Part shown: piece after piece, positions 1 through 9,337 of the stretch
Numbering within the stretch: position 1 is the stretch's first letter
How the letters are laid out: the number at the start of each line of letters is the position of its first letter
NCBI GenBank assembly: GCA_945907065.1
Contig: CAMDSC010000012.1
Location: 577 to 64,576, forward strand
Direction: 5' to 3'
DNA length: 64,000 bases
Source: Chitinophaga pinensis
GTDB lineage: Bacteria; Bacteroidota; Bacteroidia; NS11-12g; UBA9320
Notes under the pieces: model-generated
The model's database searches: none
What the model was told of the DNA's origin: nothing
Seen by the model: only the letters and a program-made list of their open reading frames with translations
Program-made: the position numbers and the translations under genes

Positions 1-201
1 GTGCAGCGTGGCGAACCAGCTGTATTTAAAGTAAATCAAGTTATTCCAGGATGGACAGAAGCTTTAAAACTTATGCCAGTAGGTTCTAAATGGGAGTTAT
101 ATATTCCATCTGCACTTGCTTATGGTGAGCAAGGTAACCAAGGAATTCCCGGCAATAGTGTTCTTATATTTGAAGTAGAACTTTTAGGTATAGAAAAGTA
201 A
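1..201 (+). CDS. FKBP-type peptidyl-prolyl isomerase (3' part, truncated by window edge)
   Basis: [46 protein letters not shown]-terminal signature. Confidence 0.93.
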   Translation: MQRGEPAVFKVNQVIPGWTEALKLMPVGSKWELYIPSALAYGEQGNQGIPGNSVLIFEVELLGIEK

Positions 202-220
202 TTTTTATTTAATTTTTAAA

Positions 221-901
221 TTGAAAACTAAATTCACAATATTCGTCGCCTTGTTTGCTTTTGCTTTCGTAAGTAATGCTCAAAAAGGTTCGGTTGAAAA
301 TCCTAAAATAAAAACCAATGTTGACTCCATAAGCTATGCTTTAGGCTCATTAATTGGTGCCGATTTAAAAAACGGTGGTTTTTCAGAAATTAATTATAAA
401 GTGATGAATGCTGCGATGCAACGTGCTATCAAAGGGGATTCACTTATTATGTCTAAAGAGCTTTCAAATTCTTTACTGCAAGCTGCAGCCATGGCTGAAA
501 TGAAAAAAAAATCAGCCGAAACTGAAAAACTTTGTGCCACCTTTTTTGAAAAGAACAAAACTGCTCCCGGAGTAGTTACTACTGAATCAGGGTTGCAATA
601 TAAAATTATCAAACCAGGTACCGGTTCTAAACCTACCCTCGAGCAAAAAGTGAAAGTACATTATACCGGAAAATTATTGGATGGTAAAGTATTTGACAGC
701 TCTGTAGAACGTGGCGAACCTGCAGTATTTGGAGTTGGTCAGGTAATCCGTGGATGGACAGAAGCTTTGCAATTAATGCAGGTAGGCTCTAAATGGGAAC
801 TTTATATTCCATCAGATTTAGCTTATGGCCCACAAGGAACTCAGGGAATTCCAGGAGGAAGCCTTTTAATATTTGAAGTAGAACTTTTAGGAATAGAATA
901 A
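221..901 (+). CDS. FKBP-type peptidyl-prolyl isomerase (FkpA/FklB-like) with signal peptide
   Basis: DSISYALG N-domain, TTESGLQY, HYTGKLLDGKVFDSS, VIRGWTEAL motifs; TTG start. Confidence 0.95.
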   Translation: MKTKFTIFVALFAFAFVSNAQKGSVENPKIKTNVDSISYALGSLIGADLKNGGFSEINYKVMNAAMQRAIKGDSLIMSKELSNSLLQAAAMAEMKKKSAETEKLCATFFEKNKTAPGVVTTESGLQYKIIKPGTGSKPTLEQKVKVHYTGKLLDGKVFDSSVERGEPAVFGVGQVIRGWTEALQLMQVGSKWELYIPSDLAYGPQGTQGIPGGSLLIFEVELLGIE

Positions 902-912
902 CTTAAAAATTT

Positions 913-956
913 AATAAAAAAGCCCCAAGATTTTAAAATCTTGGGGCTTTTTTATT
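913..956. terminator. Bidirectional intrinsic terminator (perfect 44-bp palindrome)
   Basis: aataaaaaagccccaagatttt / aaaatcttggggcttttttatt between convergent FKBP and ruvB genes. Confidence 0.85.
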
Positions 957-958
957 TT

Positions 959-1030
959 ATCCATTGACTGAAATCAACGCCAATGGATTTAGATTTATTA
1001 ATTCATTGCCTTCAGATTTATCTGACGGAT
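959..1030. repeat. Inverted pair of degenerate 30-bp REP-like palindromic elements
   Basis: 959-988 atccattgactgaaatcaacgccaatggat; reverse complement of 1001-1030 is atccgtcagataaatctgaaggcaatgaat. Confidence 0.55.
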
Positions 1031-1041
1031 TAAAAAAGGAT

Positions 1042-2070
1042 TTAAAACAATGAAGGATTATTACCATTCATCCGTATCCTACCCAAATGTTCGTATGCTA
1101 AAGCTGTAGCTTCTCGGCCTCTTGCAGTTCGCATAAGCAATCCCTGCTGAATAAGGAAAGGTTCATACACTTCTTCAATCGTTCCTCCTTCTTCTCCCAC
1201 CGCTGTGGCAATTGTATTTAAACCTACCGGCCCACCTTTAAATTTATCAATAATGGTTACCAGTATTTTATTATCCATTTCATCCAATCCCAGTTTATCT
1301 ACATTCAAGGCATCTAATGAATAGCGGGCAATATCAAGAGTAATTACTCCATTGCCTTTAATCTGAGCAAAATCTCGGGTACGACGAAGTAATGAATTGG
1401 CCACACGAGGGGTTCCTCGACTTCTTCGGGCTATTTCATAAGCCGCTTCATCTTCAATAGGCGTATTAATAATTTTGGAAGAACGCTTTATAATGGTTTG
1501 TAAAAGTTTTGAGTCATAATATTCCAATCGGCAATTAATACCAAACCTTGCCCGCAAAGGCGAAGTGAGCAAGCCCGAACGGGTGGTAGCTCCAATCAAG
1601 GTAAACGGATTTAAACTAATTTGAACCGAACGGGCATTTGGGCCCGTGTCAATCATTATATCAATTTTATAATCCTCCATGGCACTGTAAAGGTATTCTT
1701 CCACAACATTACTCAGTCGATGAATTTCATCAATAAAAAGCACATCGCCTTTTTCTAAATTAGTAAGTAAACCCGCCAAATCGCCTGGCTTTTCAATTAC
1801 AGGGCCAGAGGTAATTCTGATATTGGTTTTTAATTCGTTGGCTATAATATTAGAAAGGGTGGTTTTACCCAATCCCGGAGGGCCATGAAGCAAAACATGA
1901 TCGAGTGCCTCGCCTCTTAAAACTGCGGCTTTAACAAACACGCGCAAATTTTCCATAATTTTATCCTGCCCCGAGAAATCATTAAAGTTAGAGGGGCGTA
2001 AAACTTTTTCTAATTCCTGTTCTTGTGGCGAAAGATTTTCTTTATTGGGGTCAAGTACGTTATTTTGCAC
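1042..2070 (-). CDS. ruvB: Holliday junction branch migration helicase RuvB
   Basis: [21 protein letters not shown] Walker [25 protein letters not shown]. Confidence 0.98.
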   Translation of the reverse strand: MQNNVLDPNKENLSPQEQELEKVLRPSNFNDFSGQDKIMENLRVFVKAAVLRGEALDHVLLHGPPGLGKTTLSNIIANELKTNIRITSGPVIEKPGDLAGLLTNLEKGDVLFIDEIHRLSNVVEEYLYSAMEDYKIDIMIDTGPNARSVQISLNPFTLIGATTRSGLLTSPLRARFGINCRLEYYDSKLLQTIIKRSSKIINTPIEDEAAYEIARRSRGTPRVANSLLRRTRDFAQIKGNGVITLDIARYSLDALNVDKLGLDEMDNKILVTIIDKFKGGPVGLNTIATAVGEEGGTIEEVYEPFLIQQGLLMRTARGREATALAYEHLGRIRMNGNNPSLF

Positions 2071-2217
2071 CTCACAAAATTAAATAATATTAACAGGCAA
2101 CCCACTACCTATATTACACATCTTTTTAGTATCGCATGAAATGCCCGAAGTACAATCTACAAACCATATAAAAGCGGATATCGGGCATTCTTTATCACCT
2201 TATTTTAAAAATTAGAA

Positions 2218-3312
2218 ATGAAATTGAATATAAAATATAATTTTTTAACACTATTACTTCTATCTGTAACCCTTCCACTTTATTCACAAGATGCCAAAAC
2301 TACACTTCAGGTAGATAAACGTTTTCATGATTTTGGAAAAATAAAAGAAGATGGCGGAAAAGTAAGAGCTGTATTTACTTTTAAAAATACCGGCTCGTCT
2401 GAACTAATCATTCAAAATGTAGAATCCTCATGTGGCTGCACAATTGGAGAATGGACTAAAGGTCCAATTGCTCCAGGAAATACAGGGATTGTTACAGGAA
2501 TTTATGACCCTAAAAATTTGATTGGAATTATTGACAAAACCCTTGGTGTATATACGAATGCTAAATTTGCAAAGGTTGTAATTTTAGAACTTAGAGGGGA
2601 AGTAATTCCTCGGGACAAAACAATGGATGATATATTTCCTTATCGCGCCGGAAACTTAATGTTTGATAAAGAAATGTTTGAATTTGGAGATGTGTTGAAC
2701 GACAAAAAGGATTCGGCATTTATAGTGATGTATAACGATGGCCAATATCCAATCAAGATAAATAACACATCGTCACTGCCTACTGGTTATATGATACGGC
2801 CTGAAAAAAGCATAATTGAGCCCAATGAAGAGGTAAGACTTTATGCAATTGTTGATGGAAATATATTTCAGGATTTTGGGCCGTTTAACAAAAATTTTAG
2901 ATTGATTACGGATGACCCTGAATATTCAGAAAAACCTTTGTATATGTTGGGAACCATTAAGTATAATTTTGGTAACCTTTCAAAAAAGGAAAAAAAAGAT
3001 GCTCCAAAATTTAGCATTGATAAACGTGAAAAAGATTTTGGAACACAACCTATCGGAGGTTTTGTATCTACTACTTTTATTATAACCAATAAGGGTAAAA
3101 ATGATTTAAAAATTTTGAGTCTTAAAGCACAATGCCATTGCACCGAGCCAAACATTGATAAAACTTTATTAAAGAAAGGGGAAACGGCTACCTTAACCGT
3201 AAAATTTGATTTATTAGGAAATATGGGAAGCACCCAAAAACCAGTTACTATTTATACTAACGACCCAAAAAAACCTACGGTTGATATATTATTAAAGGCC
3301 AACCTTTACTAA
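2218..3312 (+). CDS. DUF1573-family secreted protein with three Ig-like domains
   Basis: Signal peptide; HDFGKI..FTFKNTG..SSCGCT and DFG..ITNKG..AQCHCT repeats. Confidence 0.8.
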   Translation: MKLNIKYNFLTLLLLSVTLPLYSQDAKTTLQVDKRFHDFGKIKEDGGKVRAVFTFKNTGSSELIIQNVESSCGCTIGEWTKGPIAPGNTGIVTGIYDPKNLIGIIDKTLGVYTNAKFAKVVILELRGEVIPRDKTMDDIFPYRAGNLMFDKEMFEFGDVLNDKKDSAFIVMYNDGQYPIKINNTSSLPTGYMIRPEKSIIEPNEEVRLYAIVDGNIFQDFGPFNKNFRLITDDPEYSEKPLYMLGTIKYNFGNLSKKEKKDAPKFSIDKREKDFGTQPIGGFVSTTFIITNKGKNDLKILSLKAQCHCTEPNIDKTLLKKGETATLTVKFDLLGNMGSTQKPVTIYTNDPKKPTVDILLKANLY

Positions 3313-4721
3313 TTATTTTTAGGTTTCAGTCCTATTTCTGTTCCTTTTTTAATTATAAACTCCAACCCTTCGTTGTAGTCATTCTTTATTTCTCCGTCCA
3401 AAATTGCCTCGCGCAAAGCATTTTTCAGCACCCCTATTTCACGGCCTGCCCCAATTCCAAATAGTTCCATTATTTCAATCCCGTCAATTGGTGGTTGCCA
3501 ATTTCTAACACGGTCCCTTTCTTCTACATCTCTTATTTTATCCTCCACCACTTTCAGATTATTCAAAAACTTTCTAACCTTTAACTCATTTTTTGTTGTT
3601 ATGTCAGCTCTACAAAGTTTTAAAAGACTAAAAATATCTTCCCCTGCATCAAAAATCAACCGTCTAACGGCTGAATCGGTAACTATTTCCTGAGATAGCA
3701 CAATAGGCCGCAAATGAAGCTGAACCATTTTTTCAACGAATTTCATTTTTTCATTTAGTGGCAAACGCAACCGTTTAAAAATCCCTTTCACCATTCGTGC
3801 CCCTTTATCTTCATGACCATGAAAAGTCCACCCTTCACCTTTATAAAAGCGTTTGGTTTGTGGTTTAGCAATATCATGAAGTATGGCAGACCATCGCAAC
3901 CAAATATCATCTGATTCACGGCACAAATTATCAAGTACTTGAATGGTATGGTAAAAATTATCTTTATGCGAAAGTCCGTCAATGGTTTCCACCCCATGCA
4001 ATAAAGCCATTTCGGGAAAAACCAATTGCAATAAACCGGTATCAAATAATAAACTGAACCCTACGGATGGTTTGGGTGATAAAATTATCTTATTAATTTC
4101 ATCTGAAACACGCTCCATAGATACAATTTCAATCCTATGAGAATTATCTTTTATCCCCTGCAAGGTTTCGGGATGTAATGTAAAGTTGAGTTGCGAAGCA
4201 AACCGAATGGCCCGCATCATTCGCAAAGGATCATCGCTAAACGTAATTCCGGGAGCCAATGGCGTTTTTATTATCCCATCGTTCAAATCCTGCATTCCGT
4301 TATAAAAATCAATTAACTGACCATAGTCATCAGCATTCATGCTAATTGCCAAGGTGTTTATAGTAAAATCACGACGACTTAAATCATCTTCAAACGAACC
4401 GGGAGATACCAATGGTTTTCTACTTTCTGACTGATACGATTCTTTTCGGGCTCCCACAAATTCAATATCCCAATCCTCGTTTTTTATCATGGCCGTGCCA
4501 AAATTTTTAAAAACATGAACGTCCGAATTATCCCCTAATTTTTTAGCTACAGCCTGAGCAAAATCTATCCCATCACCAATCACCGTAAAATCGATATCCT
4601 TGGATGGACGCTTTAAAAAAATATCACGAACATACCCACCTACCACGTAGGCTTTCACCCCGGTTTCGGCAGCCACCTGTGCCACTACTCCAAAAACTTT
4701 ATGCCCTAGTGAATCCTGCAT
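3309..4721 (-). CDS. cca: CCA tRNA nucleotidyltransferase / poly(A) polymerase family with HD domain
   Basis: VGGYVRD, DIDF, DLSRRDFTIN, DDPLRMMRAIRF, LHDIAKP motifs. Confidence 0.9.
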   Translation of the reverse strand: MQDSLGHKVFGVVAQVAAETGVKAYVVGGYVRDIFLKRPSKDIDFTVIGDGIDFAQAVAKKLGDNSDVHVFKNFGTAMIKNEDWDIEFVGARKESYQSESRKPLVSPGSFEDDLSRRDFTINTLAISMNADDYGQLIDFYNGMQDLNDGIIKTPLAPGITFSDDPLRMMRAIRFASQLNFTLHPETLQGIKDNSHRIEIVSMERVSDEINKIILSPKPSVGFSLLFDTGLLQLVFPEMALLHGVETIDGLSHKDNFYHTIQVLDNLCRESDDIWLRWSAILHDIAKPQTKRFYKGEGWTFHGHEDKGARMVKGIFKRLRLPLNEKMKFVEKMVQLHLRPIVLSQEIVTDSAVRRLIFDAGEDIFSLLKLCRADITTKNELKVRKFLNNLKVVEDKIRDVEERDRVRNWQPPIDGIEIMELFGIGAGREIGVLKNALREAILDGEIKNDYNEGLEFIIKKGTEIGLKPKNN

Positions 4722-4826
4722 TGGGCGGCAAAAATAACTCTGAAAAATGAGTAATGAATGGTTAATTATTAATGGTTAATGGTTAATTAATAATTCGAAG
4801 GTAAAGATTCACTAGCTTTGTGCATT

Positions 4827-6326
4827 ATGTTGCCCATTTACACAGCTTCTACTATTCGTCAATGGGATGAATACACCATTAAAAATGAACCTGTAAATTC
4901 CATTGACTTAATGGAAAGAGCTGCCAAAGCTTGTGTCGTTTGGCTTGTAAAAAACATTTCAATCGAACACCCCATTGAAATTGTTTGCGGAAACGGTAAT
5001 AATGGTGGTGACGGATTGGCCATAGCCCGATGGCTTCTTTTTTATAACTATAATGTAAGGGTTTTTATAAAAAATGATTTAAAAAAATCAGAGGATAATT
5101 TAACAAACCTTAAAAGGCTGAAAGAGTGTGGATTTACTGAAATAATAAACCTTAATGAAAATACTGATATAAATTTTCAAAACAATTCAGTAATTATCGA
5201 CTGTATTTTTGGGACAGGATTAGACCGACCTGTAGAAGGATTTTGGATGAATGTTATTAATCAAATCAACCAATCCAACTGCCGGGTTATTAGTATTGAC
5301 ATAACTTCCGGTTTATTTTCAGAACCATCCATTACCGTTGACTTAAGTCAACGACAATTGACAATACAAGCCACAGCTACTTTAACGTTTAAAACCCCAA
5401 AACTTGGTATGTTGATTCCCGGCTGGGGAAACTACTGCGGGCAACTGGAAATTTTGGATATTGGTTTAAGTCAAAATTTTATTGATGAAAACGCTTCAAA
5501 ACAGTTTTTTGTAACCTTTGATGACATTGCAAAAAGGTTCAAAAAAAAGGAGAAATTTTCACACAAAGGAACTTACGGTCACGCCTTAATGGTTGCAGGA
5601 AATAAGGGCAAATGCGGAGCGGCTATTTTAAGTTCAAAGGCTTGTTTAAAAAGTGGAGTAGGCTTGGTTACTGTTCATAATATTGATGAATGTTCTTTTG
5701 CTATTCATACCTCAATTCCTGAAGTTATGATGGATAACTCACCTATGGAATCTTTGGACGTAAAGTGTTTTTCAGCCATTGGCATAGGGCCGGGAATTGG
5801 GACCGAAAACAACCAAAAGGAGTTATTACAAACTATTCTTAAAAATGCCGAATGCCCTTTGTTATTGGATGCCGATGCTTTAACCCTCTATTCAAAAAAT
5901 CCCAACAATTATCAATTACCTACCAATTCAATTCTTACCCCACATCTCAAGGAGTTTGATAGATTAGCCGGAGAATCTAAAAATGCTTATGAACGCTTAA
6001 CAAAGGCTCAAAATTTTGCAAAAGAAAACAATGTAATTTTGGTTTTAAAAGGGGCTTACACTGCCATTTGCAATGTGGATGGAAAGGTGTTTTTTAACAG
6101 TACCGGAAATGCCGGAATGGCCACAGCTAGAAGCGGCGATGTGCTTTCAGGAATTATTACATCATTATTGGCTCAGGGCTATTTGCCGATTGAAGCTGCA
6201 ATTATTGGGGTATTTATTCACGGAGCTGCGGGTGATTTTGCTGCCAAAAATAAATCCATAACCAGCATGATTGCTTCGGATATTATTGAAAATTTAGATT
6301 TGGTTTTTAGGGAATTGGAGGGGTAA
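4827..6326 (+). CDS. nnr: Bifunctional NAD(P)HX epimerase/dehydratase
   Basis: LMERAA, GNNGGDG, HKGTYGH, GPGIG, LDADAL, TPHLKEF; start moved to ATG 4827 because the TTG at 4818 lies inside a -7 promoter box. Confidence 0.93.
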   Translation: MLPIYTASTIRQWDEYTIKNEPVNSIDLMERAAKACVVWLVKNISIEHPIEIVCGNGNNGGDGLAIARWLLFYNYNVRVFIKNDLKKSEDNLTNLKRLKECGFTEIINLNENTDINFQNNSVIIDCIFGTGLDRPVEGFWMNVINQINQSNCRVISIDITSGLFSEPSITVDLSQRQLTIQATATLTFKTPKLGMLIPGWGNYCGQLEILDIGLSQNFIDENASKQFFVTFDDIAKRFKKKEKFSHKGTYGHALMVAGNKGKCGAAILSSKACLKSGVGLVTVHNIDECSFAIHTSIPEVMMDNSPMESLDVKCFSAIGIGPGIGTENNQKELLQTILKNAECPLLLDADALTLYSKNPNNYQLPTNSILTPHLKEFDRLAGESKNAYERLTKAQNFAKENNVILVLKGAYTAICNVDGKVFFNSTGNAGMATARSGDVLSGIITSLLAQGYLPIEAAIIGVFIHGAAGDFAAKNKSITSMIASDIIENLDLVFRELEG

Positions 6327-6330
6327 TCCT

Positions 6331-7215
6331 TTAAATGGCATCCACTTTTACCGAAGTCATACTCAACGATCCCGCTAATAATTTATCATTAAAAAAGGAA
6401 ACCTTGTCTTTTTCCTCTACCAATCCTAAAATGTAAAGCAAAGGATAATAATGGTCAGGCGTTGGGATAGCATTGCGGCCTGCTGTGCCAAAATTTTGGT
6501 AATTTATTAATGCTTTGTGGTCGCCACTCAGAATGGCGGTTTTAAATTTTTCATTCATTTCTATGGCCCAGTCAAAGCCATAATTGGGTTCATTCATTTT
6601 ATCCCAAGCCACCATTCCCAAATTATGAACCATATTGCCGCTGCCAATTATTAGCACTCCTTTTTTTCTTAAAGTTTCCAATTCTTTGGCTAATTCATAA
6701 TGGTATTGGGCGGGTTGGTTATAGTCAATACTTAATTGTAAAACCGGAATGTCGGCATCGGGATACATATTTTTAGTAATGCTCCACGTGCCGTGGTCAA
6801 GCCCCCAATCGTGGTCAAGCCCTACCGTTGTTTTTTTGAATAAGGCGGCTGTTTCTTTAGCCAGTTCAGGATTTCCTGGTGCAGGATACTGAACATCAAA
6901 CAAGGCTTTTGGAAATCCCCCAAAATCATGAATTGTTGGGGGATTAACCATTGCCGTAATATGCGTACCCTTAGTTAGCCAGTGGGCCGAAATACACAAC
7001 ACCGCTTTTGGTTTTGGTATTTCTTTGCCCATGGCTTTCCAGCGTTGCGAAAACTCATTGTCTTCAATGCCATTCATTGGCGACCCATGCCCTACAAACA
7101 ATAAAGGAAGTTTTTCATCCTGCTCAGGCAGGCTATCGGTGAGTGAATTAAACGATCCTAGTGTTGTCATTGCTGTAGCTGCTGAAATTAATTTTATAAA
7201 ATCTTTGCGTTGCAT
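6331..7215 (-). CDS. ygiD: 4,5-DOPA extradiol dioxygenase (LigB family)
   Basis: FVGHGSPMN, ISAHW, TIHDFGGFP, GLDHGTW, GSGNMVHNL, PTPDHYYPL. Confidence 0.92.
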   Translation of the reverse strand: MQRKDFIKLISAATAMTTLGSFNSLTDSLPEQDEKLPLLFVGHGSPMNGIEDNEFSQRWKAMGKEIPKPKAVLCISAHWLTKGTHITAMVNPPTIHDFGGFPKALFDVQYPAPGNPELAKETAALFKKTTVGLDHDWGLDHGTWSITKNMYPDADIPVLQLSIDYNQPAQYHYELAKELETLRKKGVLIIGSGNMVHNLGMVAWDKMNEPNYGFDWAIEMNEKFKTAILSGDHKALINYQNFGTAGRNAIPTPDHYYPLLYILGLVEEKDKVSFFNDKLLAGSLSMTSVKVDAI

Positions 7216-7238
7216 GGTGATGCCGTGTGGCAAGTTTA

Positions 7239-7910
7239 CTACTTACTTTTTATATCCAAAGAAATATTTACTACTTCAGAAATAAATTTATCCTTCAATG
7301 ACTTATCGTTACCATACTTTATGCCCCATAAGGTGCGGTCGATATTGAAACTACCAACTACGGAGTAAATACCATTGGTGTTTTCAATTTTGGCAGGGAA
7401 CGACACATTTTTAGTGGCGTCTTTCAACGTTAAGTTACCACTTACTTTGTAATTGGCTCCATCTGTTACAGAGCTATCAGTGGCTGTGGCAGTATATGGT
7501 TCAACAGAAGTTATTTCAAATTTTGCAGTTGGAAATATTTCAGCATCAAAAAAATCAGCACTTAATAAATGAGGTAATAATTTGGCTTGAAACATTTCTT
7601 CTTTTTGATCCAATACCAAAGATTTTATATCAATAACTACTGTTCCGCCGTTAACTTTACCTTCGGCAGCTGTTAAATTACCTGATGATACTTTAAAAAA
7701 TCCCGGATGATTTTTTCCTACACCGTTTCCTACAAAACCTACTTTTGAGGTTTCAATATTAATCAGGACTTCATTTCCTAATGTTGAATCTACAACTTGT
7801 TCGTCAGTAATCTTAGCTTCATCACCCTTTGGGGTGTTAGAACATGATGCTACAAATAAGGAACCCACTATCAAAGCCATTCCTGCTAATGATTTTATGT
7901 TTATTTTCAT
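7239..7910 (-). CDS. YceI-family lipoprotein
   Basis: Lipobox LFVASC; HLLSADFFD..FPTAKF, GNLTLKD, IDRTLWGIKYG. Confidence 0.88.
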   Translation of the reverse strand: MKINIKSLAGMALIVGSLFVASCSNTPKGDEAKITDEQVVDSTLGNEVLINIETSKVGFVGNGVGKNHPGFFKVSSGNLTAAEGKVNGGTVVIDIKSLVLDQKEEMFQAKLLPHLLSADFFDAEIFPTAKFEITSVEPYTATATDSSVTDGANYKVSGNLTLKDATKNVSFPAKIENTNGIYSVVGSFNIDRTLWGIKYGNDKSLKDKFISEVVNISLDIKSK

Positions 7911-7929
7911 TTTTTTAATTATTAAATAA

Positions 7930-8478
7930 TTAAGCTTGTTTTGAAAATTGAACTTCGGCATGAATTCTTACTTCTTCACTTACCAATAATCCTCCTGCTG
8001 CCAATGGTGCATTCCAGCTTAGGTTCCACTCTGTTCTGTTTATTTTACCATTTAAAGTAAAACCAACTTTTTGGTTTCCCCATGGATCGATACCCATTCC
8101 ACCAAATTCTACACTTAAAATTGCAGGCTTAGTGATTGCGTTAATGGTTAATTTGCCGTGCAATTCATAATTGTCGTTACCTAAATTTTTCAATTCCGAA
8201 GAAACAAATTTCATTTCAGGATAATTGGCAATGTCAAAAAAATCAGGAGATTTAATGTGACCATCGCGTTGTTCACTGCCGGTAGTAAAGGAAGCTACAT
8301 CGGCATTAAAGTTAATTTTTGCAGTTGAAAAATCGTCACCGTCGGTTTCTACGTTTACATCAAATTTTCCGAATGAACCGGAAACGTTGGTAATCATCAT
8401 GTGTTTTACTTTAAACCCAAGTTCACTGTGTGATGCATCTAGGTTCCAAATTGTTTTCGCTGTTGCTGTTGTTGTCAT
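7930..8478 (-). CDS. YceI-family protein
   Basis: WNLDASHSELGFKVKHMMI, RDGHIKSPDFFD, DPWGNQKVGF. Confidence 0.93.
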   Translation of the reverse strand: MTTTATAKTIWNLDASHSELGFKVKHMMITNVSGSFGKFDVNVETDGDDFSTAKINFNADVASFTTGSEQRDGHIKSPDFFDIANYPEMKFVSSELKNLGNDNYELHGKLTINAITKPAILSVEFGGMGIDPWGNQKVGFTLNGKINRTEWNLSWNAPLAAGGLLVSEEVRIHAEVQFSKQA

Positions 8479-8533
8479 AATTTTTTGTTTAAATATTATG
8501 ATACTAAATTACAACGGGCATTAAGCATCAATC

Positions 8534-8571
8534 CTTGATGTAAGCCAAGAAATGCTATTGATGTAGGTTAA
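8534..8571. promoter_or_regulatory. Two tandem Crp/Fnr-type operator boxes
   Basis: TTGATGTAAGCCAA (8535-8548) and TTGATGTAGGTTAA (8558-8571), FNR-box-like TTGA-N6-TCAA, between the regulator gene and yceI. Confidence 0.6.
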
Positions 8572-8580
8572 GAAAAAAGG

Positions 8581-9156
8581 CTACTTAGCCAATTGCTTGC
8601 GGATGCGACTTAGGCTTTCGGGAGCAATACCAAGATAAGATGCAATAACAAGTTGAGGAACACGCTGCACTATTTGAGGATATTTTTTTATAAAAGCTAA
8701 ATATCGCTCCTCTGCAGAACTTGATAGCATGGAATTGACTCGGCGTTGGGTGGCCATATAATTATTTTCTAAAAGTATTCGGTGAAACCGCTCGTAACCC
8801 GGGACCTCCTTTAAAATCTTTTCACGTGCTTCTATATCCATAACTACAATTTCACAATCTTCCAACGCTTCAATAGTAAAATTGGCCGGTTCACCTGTTA
8901 AATGGCTATACATATCACTTATCCACCAGCCCTCAAGAGCAATTTGAAAAACATGCTCGTCACCATTTTTATCAATTGTATAGGTTTTTAAACAGCCCTT
9001 ACTAACAAATCCGGCATACCTGCACACATTGCCTTCTTGTAAAAAAAACTGCCGTTTTTTTAACTTCGTTACCAAACAATTATTTATAAAAACTTCTTTG
9101 TCAGCCTGTGTTAATTGAATAGTTTTCGAAATAGTATCTATGAAAAATTCCATCAT
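8581..9156 (-). CDS. Crp/Fnr family transcriptional regulator
   Basis: cNMP-binding-like domain (LQEGNVC..FVSKGCLK) and HTH (IASYLGIAPESLSRIRK). Confidence 0.92.
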   Translation of the reverse strand: MMEFFIDTISKTIQLTQADKEVFINNCLVTKLKKRQFFLQEGNVCRYAGFVSKGCLKTYTIDKNGDEHVFQIALEGWWISDMYSHLTGEPANFTIEALEDCEIVVMDIEAREKILKEVPGYERFHRILLENNYMATQRRVNSMLSSSAEERYLAFIKKYPQIVQRVPQLVIASYLGIAPESLSRIRKQLAK

Positions 9157-9288
9157 CTGCAATTATTTAAACGCCAAACAAAGTTATTAGTTTTTAATAT
9201 TTACAAAATCTTTAACCCAAATTTTATACAATAATTAAATTTTAATCGTAATTTGAATTAAGTTTCTAATAAATCACATCCAATAGAG

Positions 9289-9317
9289 TGTCACATATTT
9301 CAAACAACTTGCGTCTA
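9289..9317 (+). promoter_or_regulatory. Putative ECF-sigma autoregulatory promoter
   Basis: TGTCAC-N17-CGTCTA about 20 nt upstream of the ECF sigma start. Confidence 0.5.
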
Positions 9318-9337
9318 TACCACTATTAAATAAGCTT

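Noticed and set aside
4745-4795. Heptamer-like repeats (aatggtt) in the cca/nnr spacer; taaaatc repeats near 18095-18113
   Set aside because: Only 2-3 degenerate copies in AT-rich spacers, too weak to call a functional array.
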